NCBI GenBank assembly: GCA_002331485.1
Contig: DCYS01000037.1
Location: forward strand, 9,171-73,170
DNA from: Flavobacteriales bacterium UBA2104
Lineage (GTDB): Bacteria > Bacteroidota > Bacteroidia > Flavobacteriales_D > Crocinitomicaceae
Direction: 5' to 3'
Length of the DNA stretch: 64,000 bases
Shown: piece after piece, positions 18,978 to 29,559 of the stretch
Numbering within the stretch: position 1 is the stretch's first letter
How the letters are laid out: every line of letters starts with the position of its first letter
Translations under genes and position numbers: made by a program
Notes under the pieces: generated by a model
Seen by the model: only the letters and a program-made list of their open reading frames with translations
What the model was told of the DNA's origin: nothing
Databases searched by the model: none

Positions 18978-19184
18978 ATGGAAGTAAATCTAAGTACAGC
19001 TGATAGGGTAATCAGATTTCTACTATTTGTGTCTGCAATGGTACTTTTTCTATTTGAGATCGTTACGGGGTGGTTAGCCTATACATTAGTAATCGTTGGA
19101 ACGATATTTCTTCTGACTAGCTTAATGAGCTTTTGCCCGATTTACAAAGTATTAGGGATACGATCCTGTAAGAAGTCAACGTAA
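18978..19184 (+). CDS. DUF2892 (YgaP-like) membrane protein
   Basis: NLSTADRVIR...two TM segments...LLTSLMSFCPIYKVLGIRSC. Confidence 0.85.
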   Translation: MEVNLSTADRVIRFLLFVSAMVLFLFEIVTGWLAYTLVIVGTIFLLTSLMSFCPIYKVLGIRSCKKST

Positions 19185-19190
19185 AGCATT

Positions 19191-19228
19191 AATAAAAAAA
19201 GCGGATGATGATCATCCGCTTTTTTATT
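19191..19228. terminator. Bidirectional intrinsic terminator
   Basis: AATAAAAAAAGCGGATGAT-G-ATCATCCGCTTTTTTATT between convergent genes. Confidence 0.88.
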
Positions 19229-19242
19229 CAATTATGTTTTTC

Positions 19243-19770
19243 TTAAGGTGTCACATTTCCTTTGATCGTAACTCTTTTTGTCGATCCTGGAATATTAGCC
19301 GTTACAGTAACTGATTTTGAAATAGGTTTACCTTCCTGACCAGGCTTTGATGTAAATGTAACCTCAAGTTCGCCAGTTTCTCCAGGCATAATGGGCTCCT
19401 CTGGCTTATTAGGAACAGTACAACCACATGAAGCTTTCGCATCATTAACGATCAATGGCTTGTCACCTGTATTCTTAACTGTAAATGTCGTAGAGACCGG
19501 CTCACCTTTTGGAATAGTACCAAAATCACGAGTCAAAGGAGTTATCTCCATAGTCGTTTGCTTTGCAAGACGTTCCTCCTTTTCTTTTTCTCGCTGCTTT
19601 CTCCTCTCCTCTGCTGCTTTCTGAAGTTCCTCAACATTTTCCGTATCTGCAGCCAAAAGAGATCTTTTCTCTCCATCTTTCACTTCGATGTCAACATCCG
19701 TAGATTCTTTACATGCAAAAAGTGTAACCGAACCAACAAGAACAAAAAGTAGTTTTCTCATAATAATCAT
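19243..19770 (-). CDS. DUF1573 domain lipoprotein
   Basis: Lipobox LFAC; RDFGTI...FTVKNTGDKPLIV...KASCGCT...PIMPGETGEL; upstream TATATTTG element (plus-strand CAAATATA near 19780). Confidence 0.85.
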   Translation of the reverse strand: MIIMRKLLFVLVGSVTLFACKESTDVDIEVKDGEKRSLLAADTENVEELQKAAEERRKQREKEKEERLAKQTTMEITPLTRDFGTIPKGEPVSTTFTVKNTGDKPLIVNDAKASCGCTVPNKPEEPIMPGETGELEVTFTSKPGQEGKPISKSVTVTANIPGSTKRVTIKGNVTP

Positions 19771-19807
19771 CTTTATTTACAAATATATAAATCAGATTTA
19801 TTTCTAT

Positions 19808-21391
19808 TTACCTTTCAACAAGTTCCATTTTATCATAGCGACCATCCTTTAATGATTGATACGCCTTCATAAAAATTTCGTTCTTCACATTGAAAATTTG
19901 GTAAAACGCTGAGTAATCCCATATATTTTGGGCGATCGACGCTTTTAATCTTATCTGAAGTAGATCTTTACTTATATTATAATCTTCTTCAACAAAAGTC
20001 AAATTAGTATCTGCCTTCACTGCATAACCGAAGAACTCATTCATAAAATCTTCGTCCGTTTCAAAGTCTTCTTTAAAGGCTTGAACATTCTTATAATCAT
20101 TCAAAATATCGTCTCTGTTATCATTAGCATAGTCTAGAGAAAAACGATTTATCACACCCGATCTACTTAGCTTTTTGTAAAATTCAGAATATTCCAAAGT
20201 GTCAAGAGGAACAAATATATCTGGCATTATTCCTCCACCACCGTAAACATTTCTCTCCTTAACAAGAGTCTTATGCACTAAAGAGTCTGGAAGATCTATA
20301 CTGTCACGGTGCATCATTTCTCCATTCTCATATCTTTCGATATAATCACGGCGATAGTCATCCAAATCATCGTATGGCTTCTGAATAAACCTTCCACTTG
20401 GGGTATAGTATCTAGCTATGGTAAGACGTAATTGTGCTCCATCAGATAACTCGATTGGTCGTTGTACCAATCCCTTTCCAAAGGATCTTCTTCCAACGAT
20501 CATACCTCTGTCCCAATCCTGAATCGCTCCAGATAATATTTCACTGGCAGATGCTGAACTTTCATCGATCAACATTACCAGTCTACCTTTTTCGAAATTC
20601 CCTTTTCGCTCTGCTTTAAGAACACTTTTTGGTTGACGTCTACCTTCAGAGTAAACGATCAATTTATCACCTGATAAAAATTCATCAGCTACATGTTTCG
20701 CTCCATATAGAAGTCCCCCTCCATTTCCTTGAAGATCGAAAATGAGGTCTTTCATTCCTTCTTTCTTTAATTCCTTTATTGCGTCACGTACTTCTTCCTC
20801 TGTAGTTCTTGAGAAGTTTGTCAGCTTCAGATAACCTGTAGTTTTGTCAACCATGTATGCACTAACAACAGAGTGAACTGGAATTTTATCCCGTGTAACT
20901 GTAAATTCAAGCAGCTCTTTCTCTCCCCTATCGATTTCTACTTTAACTTTCGTTCCTTTCTCGCCCAAAAGTCTTTCGCGGACTCCTGAATTACGCAGAC
21001 CTACTCCAGCAACAACCTCATCATCTATCTTGATGATCTTATCACCAGCTTGAATACCTATCTTCTCGGATGGACCGCCAGGTATAGGATTAACGACTAA
21101 TAGTGTGTCACGTAAAATATTGAAGCGTATTCCAACTCCTACGAAACTACCATTGATCCTTTCATTGGCTTGCTGCACTTCTTCTGCTGGAATATATGTT
21201 GAATGTGGATCCAGTTCTTCAAGCATTGATACTATCGCTGCTTCACTGATCTCTTTATTAGGAACTTCATCGACATACATTCTGTCTATGTATGTGTAAA
21301 CCTCATACATTCTGCGCATGTCAGGATCCTCCTGACTAAAAATGCTTCCAATCAGAACGACAGAAAATATAATTGTAAGTGTATTTTTCAT
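19808..21391 (-). CDS. S41 carboxy-terminal processing protease (CtpA/Prc-like, PDZ)
   Basis: LDPHSTY, GVGI, DLQGNGGG, SASASEILSGAIQDWDRG, GRRSFGKGLVQ and ARYYTPSGR. The start is placed at MKNTL (21391). Confidence 0.92.
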   Translation of the reverse strand: MKNTLTIIFSVVLIGSIFSQEDPDMRRMYEVYTYIDRMYVDEVPNKEISEAAIVSMLEELDPHSTYIPAEEVQQANERINGSFVGVGIRFNILRDTLLVVNPIPGGPSEKIGIQAGDKIIKIDDEVVAGVGLRNSGVRERLLGEKGTKVKVEIDRGEKELLEFTVTRDKIPVHSVVSAYMVDKTTGYLKLTNFSRTTEEEVRDAIKELKKEGMKDLIFDLQGNGGGLLYGAKHVADEFLSGDKLIVYSEGRRQPKSVLKAERKGNFEKGRLVMLIDESSASASEILSGAIQDWDRGMIVGRRSFGKGLVQRPIELSDGAQLRLTIARYYTPSGRFIQKPYDDLDDYRRDYIERYENGEMMHRDSIDLPDSLVHKTLVKERNVYGGGGIMPDIFVPLDTLEYSEFYKKLSRSGVINRFSLDYANDNRDDILNDYKNVQAFKEDFETDEDFMNEFFGYAVKADTNLTFVEEDYNISKDLLQIRLKASIAQNIWDYSAFYQIFNVKNEIFMKAYQSLKDGRYDKMELVER

Positions 21392-21639
21392 AAACGTTAA
21401 TTTGATATAACTGTGCAAAAACAAGTCCAAAAGGCTTGCTACACAAGCTAGAACGCTAAAGATAAGGATTTGTTTCTTCTGGATATGCTAATAATTGCTA
21501 AAAGTCGAACAGAAGGGTATGAACGGACAATAGAGATTTATTCTGGAACTATAATTGTGATATACACAGTAAAATGTTGAAGTTATAATTAGGAAAGACT
21601 GAATACAAAAACAAAAAATCACTTATTTCGCTAAGTAAT

Positions 21640-22551
21640 ATGCGTATTGTTCTTGCCTTAATATTAATCTTTTTGACCTTGGACTCTGCCAAGACTCAGG
21701 TTCTAGCATTTGATGAACTTGAAATGAGGTATGATCAAGGACACTACAAAAATGTTTATAGAAAAGCTAGAAGACTTTTAGACAAGCCCCAATACGACTT
21801 TTCTTACCTTCCAGAGTATTATATTGCATTAACGAAACTTCAACTAGCTCAGAATGATGTTTGGTTAAAACGTCATAAGTACGCAATAGTTGAAGCGAAA
21901 AGGACTTTTGAAGAACTGCAATCAACTCATGAAGGCAGAGATTTACTAAAGAGCCATGAATATGAAATTAGTAGTCTGAAAAATGATCTTCGTATTTGGT
22001 TAGGAGAATTAAAACTTCAAGGAAAAAAGGAACAGTTCGAGCTAGTTAACAACATTTTAAATGATGTTTTCGACGATGTTCCCAATGTTATGGATCTACC
22101 TGAAGACAGAATAGATCCTGACGAACAAATCCAAGTGGAAACTTCCAATTCTTCAATTAGATCGGACAATCGAACGAAGGTGCTTGAAGGCGCTGAGAAA
22201 CTCCTAGGTGTACCATACAAATGGGCTGGGAACGATCCTTCTGGTTTCGATTGTAGCGGATTCACATGTTATGTATTCGAAAATCAAGTTGGTAAAAAGA
22301 TCGATCGCAGAGCTGCTGATCAATATAAGTCCTCAACGAAGATCAAGCGTAAGCATGTAAAACCAGGAGATCTTATTTTCTTTAAAAACGGATCGAGCAT
22401 TTCACATGTTGGAATAGTCTTTTCAACTAACAACAACAGTATTCAAATGATCCATGCTAGCACGTCGGTTGGAATTTCTATAGTTGATATCTACCAGTCA
22501 TCGTACTGGAAGCAACGAATTGCAGGGTTTGGAACTTACCTAGACGACTAA
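21640..22551 (+). CDS. NlpC/P60 (C40) cell-wall peptidase with N-terminal helical extension
   Basis: Signal peptide; LGVPYKWAGNDPSGFDCSGF, PGDLIFF, SHVGIV and MIHAS. Confidence 0.92.
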   Translation: MRIVLALILIFLTLDSAKTQVLAFDELEMRYDQGHYKNVYRKARRLLDKPQYDFSYLPEYYIALTKLQLAQNDVWLKRHKYAIVEAKRTFEELQSTHEGRDLLKSHEYEISSLKNDLRIWLGELKLQGKKEQFELVNNILNDVFDDVPNVMDLPEDRIDPDEQIQVETSNSSIRSDNRTKVLEGAEKLLGVPYKWAGNDPSGFDCSGFTCYVFENQVGKKIDRRAADQYKSSTKIKRKHVKPGDLIFFKNGSSISHVGIVFSTNNNSIQMIHASTSVGISIVDIYQSSYWKQRIAGFGTYLDD

Positions 22552-23075
22552 ATTGATCGCATTCTGCTAACCAACGCCAAGAAAAACAAGAGACTTGTTA
22601 CTAATGCAACAGGAATAAGAATATACATTGAGCTCAGTATATTCGTTTCTGCGATAACTAAAATCCCCATTGTAAATAGAAGTATTGCGCTAGAAACACC
22701 GCAGACATTCGTGAAATTAACCTGGGAATATCGAAAGAACATAGTTGCTGATAACACTCCAACCCCTAGTTGGAGTAATGTCAACGAAATGTAATTTCGC
22801 CAAAACATCTCCATGAGATCGGCATCAAAAATGGCTAACAAAGGAATCAAAGTGGGTAAAAAAGCAACACTATATACCAGAGAATTAAGTAATTTGCTTT
22901 TCACTTCATTTAACTTAAAAAAATAGGCAATTGAAAACGAAAGAGTAAGTGCTGACGAAAGAACCAAGTAGGGAGTTAATATCAATGACATCAGAGGATC
23001 AGTCAGAATAAACATGACCATCCCAGTAGATACGATAAGTGATAATAGAGCTAATATTCCGATAATTCTATTCAT
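22548..23075 (-). CDS. Hypothetical multi-pass membrane protein
   Basis: A 175-aa ORF with about six hydrophobic segments that fills the gap downstream of the ureohydrolase; no family recognised. Confidence 0.65.
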   Translation of the reverse strand: MNRIIGILALLSLIVSTGMVMFILTDPLMSLILTPYLVLSSALTLSFSIAYFFKLNEVKSKLLNSLVYSVAFLPTLIPLLAIFDADLMEMFWRNYISLTLLQLGVGVLSATMFFRYSQVNFTNVCGVSSAILLFTMGILVIAETNILSSMYILIPVALVTSLLFFLALVSRMRSI

Positions 23076-23106
23076 TGAATCAATTCGTTCCGCTAAATAT
23101 ACGCAA

Positions 23107-24138
23107 TTATTTCTGGTTATTTAAGACGTTTGCAGCAACGACAAGTTCCCACAAAGCTCTGGAACCAACAATAGCATCCCATTCATTTACACTACCAACC
23201 TCACAGAGGTCAAAACCGATGATCTTTTTACCAGAATCGACTAATTGAGCAAATAGATATCGAATCTCTTCTAGTTTAAAGCCTCCGGGAACAGGGGTCC
23301 CTGTATTCGGACATAACGATGGAGATAATCCGTCAATGTCAAACGAAATGTAAACAAGGTCAGGTAGTTCGGCTACAATGTCATCAACTTGGGCTTTCCA
23401 ATTCTGACCATTAAACTGCTGATCTTTTAGCTGCCAATCAAAGAATGTAATGATCCTATCATCTCTATTGATCTTCTCAACTTCATCTAATGAAACATCT
23501 CGAATACCGATTTGTACTAGCTTTGAAACGCTTCCAACTCTTTCCAGCACATTATAAAAAATACTTGCATGAGATTGATCAAACCCTTCGTAAGATCGTC
23601 TAAGATCTGCATGAGCATCGATCTGTAATATCCCAAAAGACTCATACTTTTCTCCCAAAGCTTCTATCAGACCTAGTGGCACACTATGCTCTCCACCCAG
23701 AACTGCCGGGATCTTATTTCTGCCAATAAGTTCTGATACTTTTTCTTTAAGTGCATTTCTTAAGTTATCATGTGCTTCATTGGCGGCTGCCAGGAAAAGG
23801 GAATGTTCCGAACTTTCCTGTATCTTTCCTCCCGCTTCAAGATGATCGATATAATCACGACTGGCTGGAGTCATTTGATCATTTATATCAAGCATATCCT
23901 CTGAGATCGGCGTCATAAATACTTTAATTGACGCACCTTTCTCATTGAGTGGATGAAAAAAATCCAATTGTGTAGATGCATCTAATATTTTCTCTGGCGC
24001 TCGACTTGTACCTTTTCGATAAGAGGCTGTTAGATCCCAAGGCATTGGGATGATTACTATTTCAGCATCTTCTTCACTGACCTCAAATCCGAAAACATTA
24101 CCATTCTTGATCCCAACATCACTATTTAACTCACTCAT
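23107..24138 (-). CDS. speB: Agmatinase-family ureohydrolase
   Basis: [35 protein letters not shown] and GTPVPGG. Confidence 0.88.
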   Translation of the reverse strand: MSELNSDVGIKNGNVFGFEVSEEDAEIVIIPMPWDLTASYRKGTSRAPEKILDASTQLDFFHPLNEKGASIKVFMTPISEDMLDINDQMTPASRDYIDHLEAGGKIQESSEHSLFLAAANEAHDNLRNALKEKVSELIGRNKIPAVLGGEHSVPLGLIEALGEKYESFGILQIDAHADLRRSYEGFDQSHASIFYNVLERVGSVSKLVQIGIRDVSLDEVEKINRDDRIITFFDWQLKDQQFNGQNWKAQVDDIVAELPDLVYISFDIDGLSPSLCPNTGTPVPGGFKLEEIRYLFAQLVDSGKKIIGFDLCEVGSVNEWDAIVGSRALWELVVAANVLNNQK

Positions 24139-25414
24139 CCTTAAGCAGTGTTTTTACGAAGTTAGGCAAGGCTAATGAAGCTCTATGAATAGAAGAATTA
24201 TAATATCGAAGCCCTTGTTTTTCAACAAACTCATCCACTCCAGCTTCATAAATATCGTCAAGTCTCATCATTCCGTCTTTTAACCCGATCTGGAAACTCC
24301 ACATTCCTGTAGGGTAAGTAGGTACATAGAAAAGTGAAACGTGAGCATTTTCCGATCCAAAAATACCTTTTATCGCATGATGTAGCTCAGCGAAAGCATT
24401 TTCATTAAACTTTGGAGATTCCCCTTGAGCCACAAGGATTCCTCTATCGTTTAATGCGTTATAGCAATTTTTATAAAAATCTACTGTAAACAAACCTTCT
24501 GCCGGACCTACTGGATCAGATCCATCAACAATGACAAGATCGTAACTTTCAGCCTCCGCTTTCTTAACGAAATCAATACCATCTCCAACAATGACATTTA
24601 AACGTTCATCATCAAATGCAGCAGCTATTGTTGGTAAGTGTTTTTTACAAGCTTCGATCACCTCACCATCTATTTCAACCATAGTGACCTCTTCGACCTG
24701 ATCATGTCGCAATACTTCACGAACAGTTCCTCCATCTCCTCCACCGATCACAAGGACTTTTTTGATATCTCCATGCGCAAATATTGAAGGATGAGCGATC
24801 ATTTCGTGATAGTGAAACTCATCGTTTTCCGTTGTCATGAACATATCATCCAATGTCAACAGTTTTCCATATTTAGGGGATTCCAAGATACGCACACGTT
24901 GATATGGAGTTTGAACATCATGGAGTACCTCACCTGTATATCTTAACGAAAGTGCTTGATTTTCGTCTTTATCAGTAAACCAAACATTCCGAGTATACAT
25001 GTCTGGGTTTTTCCATTCGTCAGCCTTCTGACGCATTGTTGATATATCGAAATCATTTCTTGTAAGGAGATTCTTCGATCCCCTCTTCATTTCAATTGCC
25101 GAATATGAAGCTGATTTGAAACATTCCTTAAGATAATCGAATGAGATCCATGCGTCCATTTCCCCGCATGTAAAAAGGTCGACAGCGGCATAACCATACT
25201 CAGGCCAGGTATGGATCGCTAAATGACTTTCTTCAATTACAACAACACCAGATACTCCGTAAGGAGAAAAATGATGGAATGTTGAGTTTATAACTGTTGC
25301 ACCAGCTTTTGTAGCTGCTTCAACCATGTCTTTCTCAATTCTTGATACGTCATTCATGATCTCTGGTTCACACCTCATGAACTCAACTAGAATATGATTT
25401 CCTAATGCACTCAT
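24131..25414 (-). CDS. Fusion of S-adenosylmethionine decarboxylase proenzyme (SpeD) and aminopropyltransferase (SpeE)
   Basis: The N-terminal ~115 aa carry [48 protein letters not shown] (ES self-cleavage site). The C-terminal part carries [30 protein letters not shown] and DGSDPVGPA. It is one continuous ORF. Confidence 0.93.
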   Translation of the reverse strand: MSALGNHILVEFMRCEPEIMNDVSRIEKDMVEAATKAGATVINSTFHHFSPYGVSGVVVIEESHLAIHTWPEYGYAAVDLFTCGEMDAWISFDYLKECFKSASYSAIEMKRGSKNLLTRNDFDISTMRQKADEWKNPDMYTRNVWFTDKDENQALSLRYTGEVLHDVQTPYQRVRILESPKYGKLLTLDDMFMTTENDEFHYHEMIAHPSIFAHGDIKKVLVIGGGDGGTVREVLRHDQVEEVTMVEIDGEVIEACKKHLPTIAAAFDDERLNVIVGDGIDFVKKAEAESYDLVIVDGSDPVGPAEGLFTVDFYKNCYNALNDRGILVAQGESPKFNENAFAELHHAIKGIFGSENAHVSLFYVPTYPTGMWSFQIGLKDGMMRLDDIYEAGVDEFVEKQGLRYYNSSIHRASLALPNFVKTLLKDE

Positions 25415-25525
25415 TTATGATATTAATTTTGGTACGAAATTATGTAAAAAGCTTAGAATATTTAGCATAACATAATTATTAAATCAGCGTTTAAAAAGAG
25501 GAAGGTTTTCTTTTACTTTTTCTCG

Positions 25526-25533
25526 TAACTTTG
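25526..25533 (+). promoter_or_regulatory. Bacteroidota -7 promoter element for the flippase gene
   Basis: TAACTTTG matches TAnnTTTG, 24 bp upstream of ATG 25558. Confidence 0.6.
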
Positions 25534-25557
25534 TTATTCTGAATGAAGGTTTGACCA

Positions 25558-27042
25558 ATGGGAGTAATACAAAGACAAAGTATAAAAAGCAGTATCGTAA
25601 GTTATACTGGAGTAATCATTGGGTTTCTTTCTACTTTATTCATCTACCCTCTTGATTGGGAGCTTTATGGAAGTATTCAATATTGGCTTACGAGTGCTAC
25701 AATACTCGCCCCAATATTGAGACAAGGAAGTACTGCTCTTGTTAGCAAATTCTATCCTCACTTTAAAGAAAATAGTATCACTGGATTTATTGGTATGATC
25801 CTCTTGTTGACAACTTTAACGATCTTAGCCATGACGATTCTCATTCTCGTTATTGCTATAATTCTTTATGATACTAGTTTCTTTAATAAACTTGAGATTC
25901 AAAGTCAGAACCTGATCTATGTCTACCTTCTTTCAATTGCTATTATTTATTCCTCAATTTTTCAATATCATTCAGCTAATTTAAGACGTATTGTAGTACC
26001 TGATGTTATTTCAAAAATAGGTCTTAAGCTTATCAACGTTTTTATCATTCTTTCTGTTTATTTCAACTTTATGGATTCTGAATGGTCCGCCCCTGTACTT
26101 GTTATATTCTATTTGATAACAACGGTTATAATGTTCGTTTATGTTTTAACCATAGGAGATGTGGATATTCGAGGATTTAAGTTTAAAAGTATCTCGAAAA
26201 GTACCAAAAAAGAAATCGCTAGATACTGGCTATTCGGTGGACTCAATTACCTAGGTATACTTTTGGCGTATAAAATCGACCTTTTTATGATTGGTACTTT
26301 TGTAAATAAAGTATCCGTAGGGTATTACAGTATTTTTTTATTCATGAGTAATCTCATGATCATACCTATGACATCCATCAACTCGATTTCAGGTCCAATC
26401 ATTTCCGAAAGTTTTGAAAAGAAAGATTTTAAAAACATAAGTGAGATATATAAGAAGAGTTCCAATAACATTTTAGTTTTTGGAGTGATCATTTTTCTAC
26501 TAATCTGGGTTAATATTTATTTCGTGACGGAAATCATGAGTAACGGTGAAGATCTGGTTCCTTTTGTTTCTATCTTCTTATTTCTTGGTTTAGCAAAAAT
26601 TCTTGATCTCATGACGAGTATAAATAATTTGATTATGATCTACTCCCCTTGGTACAGTTACAATCTATTATTTCTATCGATCATGTCTATAATTAATTTC
26701 GTACTTAATCTGATCCTCCTAGAAACTTATGGAATTACCGGAGCTGCAATAGCTACTTTGATCTCTGTTTTTCTTTTCAACACAATTAAAACAGTTTTCA
26801 TCTATGTCAAACTCAAGATTCAGCCAATCTCAATAAATACATTTAAAATTTTAGCTGTTTTCTGTGGTGGATTAATAGCAACTTCATATTTACAAGGCAT
26901 GACGCTGATAAATGAATTTGTCAGTATAATTATTTATAGCACATTGATCTGTGTTACAATAATTCCTATCTTCTATTATTCCAACGCATCGCCTGAACTC
27001 GGGGGAATTTTAGATAAATTGATCAAAAAAATTAAGAAATAA
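25558..27042 (+). CDS. Wzx-type oligosaccharide flippase (polysaccharide biosynthesis protein)
   Basis: MGVIQRQSIKSSIVSYTGVIIG; about 12-14 TM segments; DLFMI...VGYYSI, YGITGAAIAT. Confidence 0.88.
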   Translation: MGVIQRQSIKSSIVSYTGVIIGFLSTLFIYPLDWELYGSIQYWLTSATILAPILRQGSTALVSKFYPHFKENSITGFIGMILLLTTLTILAMTILILVIAIILYDTSFFNKLEIQSQNLIYVYLLSIAIIYSSIFQYHSANLRRIVVPDVISKIGLKLINVFIILSVYFNFMDSEWSAPVLVIFYLITTVIMFVYVLTIGDVDIRGFKFKSISKSTKKEIARYWLFGGLNYLGILLAYKIDLFMIGTFVNKVSVGYYSIFLFMSNLMIIPMTSINSISGPIISESFEKKDFKNISEIYKKSSNNILVFGVIIFLLIWVNIYFVTEIMSNGEDLVPFVSIFLFLGLAKILDLMTSINNLIMIYSPWYSYNLLFLSIMSIINFVLNLILLETYGITGAAIATLISVFLFNTIKTVFIYVKLKIQPISINTFKILAVFCGGLIATSYLQGMTLINEFVSIIIYSTLICVTIIPIFYYSNASPELGGILDKLIKKIKK

Positions 27043-28380
27043 TCAGATTTCTACCTCACTCAAAAGTTGATAATACAATTCTTGTTGCCAAGTATAATTA
27101 AGATTACCATTGTGCCATAGGATTGTCATCTCACCTCGAAACTGTTGAACCTGTTGAAATACTTTCCTAAAGTCATTAATTAGGTCAGTAGAAGATTCCA
27201 TGTAAGGTGTTTCCATAAATAAAAGAGGAGTCTCAGTTAAAGATATTTTCTCACGCGACAAAAAATCAAAAACAGGAAAGCTTTCGCAGATTCCATTTCT
27301 AAAACCTGCTTTGTGCGAATAGATCATAGTGCTATCATTCTGAAATCCATTCAAAACCTGACATCTAAACGTTTCAGGCATTTCAAAACGCAAATAATGT
27401 TGGCGCACTAAATCTAATCTAAGATCAAGGTTTTTCTCAAGGTTTTCCTTTTCCCGTTTCATTAATGATTCATCCTTAATGGCATCAAATCCAGGATGAA
27501 GACCAAACTCAAATCCACTTTGTTTCAAGTGTTTTATTTGATCCTGATAAGCTTTAGATGATAGATCATATCTATTTTTATCATATTTACTTTTTGCCAG
27601 AGTGGTTTTAAAGTAAATGATCTTTCTGGAAACACTTCTATTATTTAAGCTATTTGAAACAAAATTTAAATTATTAAATGGGTCCTTTTTGGAGTTTAAC
27701 AAACTCTCAATATATGTCCGCGTATCCCTCAATAAATCGCGAATCCTTCCACGTGAAAAATTATAGAATACATAATTCAAATAAATTCTCGGAGAAAACC
27801 ATCTTCTTAACTGATCAATATCATAAGTGATATTCACCGATAATTGATTATTGTTTCGAGGTAACTCTAGACCCATGTATCTAAAGATCAAATAGAGTAA
27901 GTTCGCATATTCATTAACTACTGGACGCTCATAAAACCCATTCTTAACGCTCAGTGCAAGGGAGTAATCAAACCTGCCGAGTGGATCTTTTTTGTCTATT
28001 ACATGTTCCTCCCACCTTGACAACATGAAGAAAGTACTTCCGATGACATCAATTCCTATTTTTGTCTTTTGCTTTTTTAAGTCAAGTTGAGGAAGACCAT
28101 AGATCAATTCACAGTCTACTTTTTCATTTCCTATTTCAAACTCTACAGTTTTAGTACTTTTTGGAATGTTAATTGACGAATACAGTTTATCAATTTGATC
28201 AGATACAAAAAAAGAATTCTCAATACTGATCTCTTTATCTCCAAAGACTATCTTAAAATCCTTAGTTTGAGAAGTAACAAATTCAATTTCTAAACCACAT
28301 AATTGTCTCAATAAAATTTCAAAAGAATACTTTACTTCTTCTTCACAAATAGTCGGTATGAATACTTTTATCTGACTCAA
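27043..28380 (-). CDS. Polysaccharide deacetylase-family protein
   Basis: FFMLSRWEE, RPVVNEY, TYDID, GLHPG, RQHYLRF, GFRNGIC and TILWHN. Confidence 0.8.
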   Translation of the reverse strand: MSQIKVFIPTICEEEVKYSFEILLRQLCGLEIEFVTSQTKDFKIVFGDKEISIENSFFVSDQIDKLYSSINIPKSTKTVEFEIGNEKVDCELIYGLPQLDLKKQKTKIGIDVIGSTFFMLSRWEEHVIDKKDPLGRFDYSLALSVKNGFYERPVVNEYANLLYLIFRYMGLELPRNNNQLSVNITYDIDQLRRWFSPRIYLNYVFYNFSRGRIRDLLRDTRTYIESLLNSKKDPFNNLNFVSNSLNNRSVSRKIIYFKTTLAKSKYDKNRYDLSSKAYQDQIKHLKQSGFEFGLHPGFDAIKDESLMKREKENLEKNLDLRLDLVRQHYLRFEMPETFRCQVLNGFQNDSTMIYSHKAGFRNGICESFPVFDFLSREKISLTETPLLFMETPYMESSTDLINDFRKVFQQVQQFRGEMTILWHNGNLNYTWQQELYYQLLSEVEI

Positions 28381-29558
28381 ATCAAACTTTTATAAAATTC
28401 ATCAAGTTTTTTTTCATATGGTGTCAAAGAGTATTTTTCGTATAAGACTTTATTAGCATTCTCCCCCATACTTTTTACTTGATCAGAATTATCTGCAAGA
28501 TATTCAAGAGCTGAAACTAAAGAATCATGAGAACGTATATCGAAAACCAATCCAATTCCATTCTGCTCAACAATTCTTTGTTGTGGTTTACAATTGGAAA
28601 CTAAGAGGCAAAGCTCCCCATACATATATTGATAAATTTTATTTGCTACTCCTGATTCATGTTGAGGATTAATGTGTAAAGGAGAAAGGCCAACGTCTGA
28701 AATGTCCATGTAAGAATCCATGTTTTCCAGAGGGACCCATGAAATATACTCGATCATATCTGATTTGATTGTATTCATTTTCCTGTTGAAAACAACTTTA
28801 TCACCTTTATCTAAAGGTCCTATTATTAACAACTTCAGATCATCCCTTCTCTTTTGTATATCTATGAAAGCATCCATAACATCTAGAATACCTCGTCGAA
28901 CACCTACACTTCCAAAATACATGAATGTCATTTTATCTGATCTAGAAATTCCCTCGGGTTCCTTGAATACTGAAAGATCTGGGATGTTTGGTAAAGTCAT
29001 CAATTTTCGATTCTTTAAAAATGGATAGCGGCTTCTGAGATCTTCTCCAAAATAATCGCTCAGAACGATTAAACCATCGGCTTGTTCTAAATATTCCGCC
29101 TCTAGTTCTTTCCATTTTTCGGGAAATGTCACCCATCTTCTTATTGGTTTATTAACCCAGCTATATGATGTATAGGCGACTGGATAATTCTCGTGAAGAT
29201 CAAGAATGAGCGGTATTGTTTTTCCAGTTTTTTCAATACCTCCCTTCACGGGTTTCGCCATATACAGATCATGAGTATGGACGATGTCAATATTTCTGGA
29301 TTTTAAAAATTTATATGTTGCTTTTTTCCATAAATTTCTATAGAACGGCAAAAGCAAGTTCAGAAAAACTAAAATATTTTTTTTAAGTTGAGAGATCTTA
29401 ATTCTTACAACTTCGAAATCATATTCTACTTCTGATTTTCGTCCTAGATCAAAACAAAGAACAGACACATCATAACCTAGCGACCTGAGCATTTTAATTT
29501 CCTTTAGGACACGTACGTCACTATCAAGATCGTTATCGACTATTACACCAACCTTCAT
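28377..29558 (-). CDS. Glycosyltransferase family 4
   Basis: DVRVLKE, IVHTHDL, YFGSVGVRRGI, NKIYQYM (KxxEY-like), and a GT-B C-terminal signature. Confidence 0.88.
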   Translation of the reverse strand: MKVGVIVDNDLDSDVRVLKEIKMLRSLGYDVSVLCFDLGRKSEVEYDFEVVRIKISQLKKNILVFLNLLLPFYRNLWKKATYKFLKSRNIDIVHTHDLYMAKPVKGGIEKTGKTIPLILDLHENYPVAYTSYSWVNKPIRRWVTFPEKWKELEAEYLEQADGLIVLSDYFGEDLRSRYPFLKNRKLMTLPNIPDLSVFKEPEGISRSDKMTFMYFGSVGVRRGILDVMDAFIDIQKRRDDLKLLIIGPLDKGDKVVFNRKMNTIKSDMIEYISWVPLENMDSYMDISDVGLSPLHINPQHESGVANKIYQYMYGELCLLVSNCKPQQRIVEQNGIGLVFDIRSHDSLVSALEYLADNSDQVKSMGENANKVLYEKYSLTPYEKKLDEFYKSLI

Positions 29559-29559
29559 T

